Part shown: positions 46,513-49,489 of the stretch, one piece after another | Position numbering within the stretch: the stretch's first letter is position 1 | Layout of the letters: the number at the start of each line of letters is the position of its first letter | Assembly (NCBI GenBank): GCA_021809325.1 | Contig: JAKBAE010000003.1 | Coordinates: 1-49,489 of the forward strand | Direction: 5' to 3' | DNA length: 49,489 nucleotides | DNA from: a bacterium | GTDB lineage: Bacteria > Chlamydiota > Chlamydiia > Chlamydiales > SM23-39 | Position numbers and translations under genes: made by a program | Notes under the pieces: model-generated | What the model was told of the DNA's origin: nothing | Seen by the model: only the letters and a program-made list of their open reading frames with translations | Databases searched by the model: none

Positions 46513-47925
46513 TTACCGAATCGTATCATATCGGGATACAATAGTTCGCCTCGGCGGCTCGGAACAGGGCATGTTGATTTCCATATTTAGAATTACACCT
46601 GCACCGGGACAGCCGATTAGTAGTTGGTCGGAAGCATTTCTTTGACTTTTTAAAGCCGCAAATGTTTGGCGAATGTCTTTTTGAGGCGTAAGATGAATTT
46701 TAGGAGGGCTCATGAAATTAATCGATTTAGGAAGAATTCCGAATGAACGGATTAGGCCATCTCGATGGGTTGATAGTACGAACTGATTCTGCCAAAAAAG
46801 TGCGGTTACTTGGCTCTTCGTATCGTAGTCGATTTTTTTTGTGATCACTCCATCTTGAATGCTAAAAAGGATCACACGAGGATCCTTTAGCCCTCCGCCT
46901 GCAACAAAGTAGCGGCCGCAAGGGGAAAAGGCTAGGGCTTTTCCTCCATACAGAAATATTTTGACTGAACTTTGAAGCTTATGGGTATCTGTATCGAACA
47001 AGGAGATGATCCCTTCGTTATCCATTGCAAGAAGAGACTTGCCGTCCGGAGAGAGGGCCAAACCAAGGATTGGCTTCCCTCCTTTCTGTAAATAATCGCA
47101 CACCTTGTTCGGATTACCTAGGTCGATGGAGCTGAGCCGGCCGTTGGCCGAGCCAATAAAAATTGCCGAATTCGAGATCAGAAGTTGATGGCAATGATAC
47201 GGCTCCATATTACAAAAGTCGAAGCTTTCATAAGTTTTTTGAAAAAGGATCCCATTTTGCGTAAATGTTAAGTTGTACCCGAAAAGAGCCCCATCTTTCA
47301 TGGCAGCAAGAATGCCCTTGCCATCTGGAGTAAATGCAAGGGATGTCGGGGGGGCGGAGTAGCGGTCGGGAATTTCATGTCCATTCACATAAATTTTGCC
47401 ATCGAGGATCACAGCAAAAGAGTCAGAGCTTTTGCTATAGGCCAAAGCTTGGTGGTAAAAATCGTCTTTTAATCCATCTGCTTTAAAAGATTTACGAGCC
47501 TTTAATTTGGGATGTTCTACCTCGTCTATAGAGTGAGTGGACGGGTTATAAGGATGCCTGTAAGCAGTCGCTTTTCCTGTGAAGGAAAAGACCTTTTCAT
47601 CGCAAGGCTTGCGCGTTCCAAGGAGGGCGCCGGCAAGGTGCTGGCATCGCTCAGTATTGCTCCAGTTTTCCGGAGCATGGGCGATCATTTGGTTGATCCG
47701 GTCCCGGCTAGGAATAAAACGGTCTTTTGAAGATGGATGAGGCAGCTTAGGGATTTTAACAGGGATGTCCCTCATTTCAACATCCTCAGATAATACAGAG
47801 ATTTTGGGACGCTTAGTTGGAGGCGCAGCTTCGTATGACACTTCCTTTCGCTTATGCGTTGCTTCAAGTTTACGGCGTTTTGCGGAAGGGAGGAGGCTGG
47901 CAAAATTGGTGTTTTCTATTTTCAT
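46513..47925 (-). CDS. Cdc20/Cdh1 (Fizzy)-like WD40 protein, candidate APC/C co-activator mimic effector
   Basis: C-box DRFIPSR (aa 68-74), KVFSF (KILR-like), LKDDFY, KALAFSP...GGG, DTKSQVTALFW, C-terminal IR, NLS-like basic motifs. Confidence 0.85.
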   Translation of the reverse strand: MKIENTNFASLLPSAKRRKLEATHKRKEVSYEAAPPTKRPKISVLSEDVEMRDIPVKIPKLPHPSSKDRFIPSRDRINQMIAHAPENWSNTERCQHLAGALLGTRKPCDEKVFSFTGKATAYRHPYNPSTHSIDEVEHPKLKARKSFKADGLKDDFYHQALAYSKSSDSFAVILDGKIYVNGHEIPDRYSAPPTSLAFTPDGKGILAAMKDGALFGYNLTFTQNGILFQKTYESFDFCNMEPYHCHQLLISNSAIFIGSANGRLSSIDLGNPNKVCDYLQKGGKPILGLALSPDGKSLLAMDNEGIISLFDTDTHKLQSSVKIFLYGGKALAFSPCGRYFVAGGGLKDPRVILFSIQDGVITKKIDYDTKSQVTALFWQNQFVLSTHRDGLIRSFGILPKSINFMSPPKIHLTPQKDIRQTFAALKSQRNASDQLLIGCPGAGVILNMEINMPCSEPPRRTIVSRYDTIR

Positions 47926-47986
47926 TTATTTTCCTTAAGAAGAGGGGGAATAGTCTAGAAAAAAGAATACTAAAATGCAATTGCCT

Positions 47987-48934
47987 CTATCGTATGCCTG
48001 TGAGGGCCACCGCGATGCCGCTTAGCTCGCTGAGCGCTTGGAGTTGGCTTGCTTCGATGCGGCATGCTGCAAGAGGCTCTTTCCAAGCAAATCGAGGCAG
48101 AGCTTGCTTTAAGGGATCAAACAAGTGATCTCCCGCATGCTTTGCCATGGTGCCAAGGATGATTGCTTCTGGGTTGAAAGCCATGAGGACAATACCTATG
48201 CCTTGAGCGAGCCTCTCGATAAACTCGCTCCAGATCGTAAGTGCGTACGGATCCGATTTTTTTACAGCACGGATGAGGCAGGTAGCATCGATTTTTGCAA
48301 GATCGCCTTTGGCCTCATGCAAAACGGCTGTATCAATTTGGTTTAGCTGAATCTCTTTTTGCATTCTTTGCGCAAGGACAGCCCCTCCGCAAAAGGCCTC
48401 AAAGCAGCCTCTCTGTCCACAAGGACAAACAGGTCCATTTGGGTCGAGGATATAATGGCCGACCTCGGTAGCCGTATCACTGGCGCCTTGGATGAGCCGG
48501 CCATTTACAATTGCCCCTCCGCCCATGCCGGTGCTTGTAGTGAGATAGACGAGGTTGGCAGTTCCCTTTGCGTGGCCGAACAAGTATTCGGCGAGAGCTG
48601 CAGCCTTCGCATCGTGGTTCATAAAGACGTTTCTTTGGAATCGATCGGCAAAAAAGCTAACAAGAGGGGCCCTCTCCCAGCCCTTAAGGTTAGGAGGGGC
48701 CAGCATGATCCCTTCTTTCGTCGAGACCGGTCCCGGAGAGGAAATGCCGATAGCGGCAATCTCGTCCCAGTTGACTTGCAGCTTTTCGATCTCATGAGCG
48801 ATGGCAGGGAGTCCTTGGGCGCCGCCGCCGAGCGGCTGCGTCGCGATTCTTCGAGAAGAGAGAATGCGCCCCTCGCTATCCCCAAGGCAGACAGAAATCT
48901 TTGTTCCTCCGATATCGATGCCGATCAATTGCAT
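47987..48934 (-). CDS. ROK family sugar kinase (glucokinase-like)
   Basis: GIDIGGTK, HDAKAAALAE, TGMGGG, EVGH, CPCGQRGCFE. Confidence 0.9.
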   Translation of the reverse strand: MQLIGIDIGGTKISVCLGDSEGRILSSRRIATQPLGGGAQGLPAIAHEIEKLQVNWDEIAAIGISSPGPVSTKEGIMLAPPNLKGWERAPLVSFFADRFQRNVFMNHDAKAAALAEYLFGHAKGTANLVYLTTSTGMGGGAIVNGRLIQGASDTATEVGHYILDPNGPVCPCGQRGCFEAFCGGAVLAQRMQKEIQLNQIDTAVLHEAKGDLAKIDATCLIRAVKKSDPYALTIWSEFIERLAQGIGIVLMAFNPEAIILGTMAKHAGDHLFDPLKQALPRFAWKEPLAACRIEASQLQALSELSGIAVALTGIR

Positions 48935-49017
48935 GTCATGAAACTACTGCAACACCTTGTCAGAGTAAAGAGATTTCTGCCCGCTTTAGGAAATTACACG
49001 CAAACAATGTCAAATGA

Positions 49018-49213
49018 CAGGGCGATTGCACGATAACTTGCTTGAAAAGAAATACAGGATCCGCTCCGCGGGAAGATCGGGCATGATAGGCATGATGCAG
49101 GGAAGCCCTGCAACCCAAAAATAATCCTGCTTATCATGCCGCTTGCGATCGTGCTCATCCTGTCTTTCTCTATGAACAAGGCATGTCAAGAAATTCTTCG
49201 TGCAATCGCCCTG
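49018..49213. mobile_element. ISAs1-type non-autonomous MITE with 10-bp target site duplication
   Basis: 16-bp perfect IR cagggcgattgcacga / tcgtgcaatcgccctg. Flanks tgtcaaatga (49008-49017) and tgtcaaatgg (49214-49223) match at 9 of 10 positions. Confidence 0.8.
49054..49163. repeat. Dispersed palindromic repeat, copy 2 (acaggat...atcctgt)
   Basis: Core at 49094-49120 is identical to 36294-36320, with similar arms. Confidence 0.85.
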
Positions 49214-49304
49214 TGTCAAATGGATGAATCTCCGTAGCATTTTATGGGCGGTTCAGCTTATACACTTTGCGAAAAGTGGAGAAATTTATGCGGATATTCA
49301 CAAA

Positions 49305-49489
49305 TCAACCAAACAGGAATGAATCATATTTTTGTTCAAGACGCGCCATTTCTTTATGTAACTCTTTATGTAATCGCTGGATTTCTGCCAGCAGGAGTCC
49401 GTCCAGCTTGTGGTACTGCACTGTAATATGTCCCTGAGCATCTTTCACCACTAATTCGGGATAAAGATCCACCACCTCTTCTGCAATAA
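49305..49489 (-). CDS. C-terminal fragment of a Peptidase_S74 (intramolecular chaperone) tail-fibre-like protein; 5' part outside window
   Basis: Not in ORF track. Hand translation IAEEVVDLYPELVVKDAQGHITVQYHKLDGLLLAEIQRLHKELHKEMARLEQKYDSFLFG* shows the IAEEV..YPELV motif followed by a coiled coil. Confidence 0.75.
   Translation of the reverse strand, partial: IAEEVVDLYPELVVKDAQGHITVQYHKLDGLLLAEIQRLHKELHKEMARLEQKYDSFLFG

Noticed and set aside
36038-49213. Possible CRISPR array or composite transposon bounded by the two 27-bp identical cores
   Set aside because: There are only two copies 12.8 kb apart, enclosing core dcw genes, with no spacers, cas genes or transposase. Each copy sits in its own IR shell.
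48994-49426. Short ORFs 48994..49179, 49010..49240 and 49244..49426
   Set aside because: They are translations of the MITE/repeat or antisense to the S74 gene fragment.
1-49489. tRNA/rRNA genes, cas genes, intact transposases
   Set aside because: None recognised by eye; the intergenic spaces are short or accounted for by palindromic elements.

Overview
Chromosomal window from an environmental Chlamydiota (Parachlamydiales/Simkania-like) bacterium. The assignment rests on htrB-ybbR-dacA / cydAB synteny, the PVC-superphylum signature small basic protein, a LysM-ftsW dcw cluster and a eukaryote-like sterol reductase. Most of the window is core housekeeping (LPS, c-di-AMP, cytochrome bd, nusB-murB, ybeY, rnr, folD, galE/ugd, murF-mraY-murD-ftsW), interspersed with AT-richer orphan genes and several palindromic MITE-like elements, some nested. 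The top finding is 46513..47925(-), a bacterial mimic of the eukaryotic APC/C co-activator Cdc20/Cdh1 (Fizzy). It has an exact C-box (DRFIPSR), a KILR-like motif, the DDFY, GGG and SQV WD40 landmarks, a C-terminal IR tail and NLS-like motifs, but no N-terminal CDK sites. It is therefore a candidate nucleus-targeted effector that hijacks host APC/C. Other notable items are a divergent RelA/SpoT-fold-like orphan, a sulfatase+FGE cassette inserted inside the dcw cluster, an ISAs1-type MITE with a 10-bp target duplication, and a partial Peptidase_S74 fibre gene at the right edge. Four genes missing from the ORF track were read by hand.
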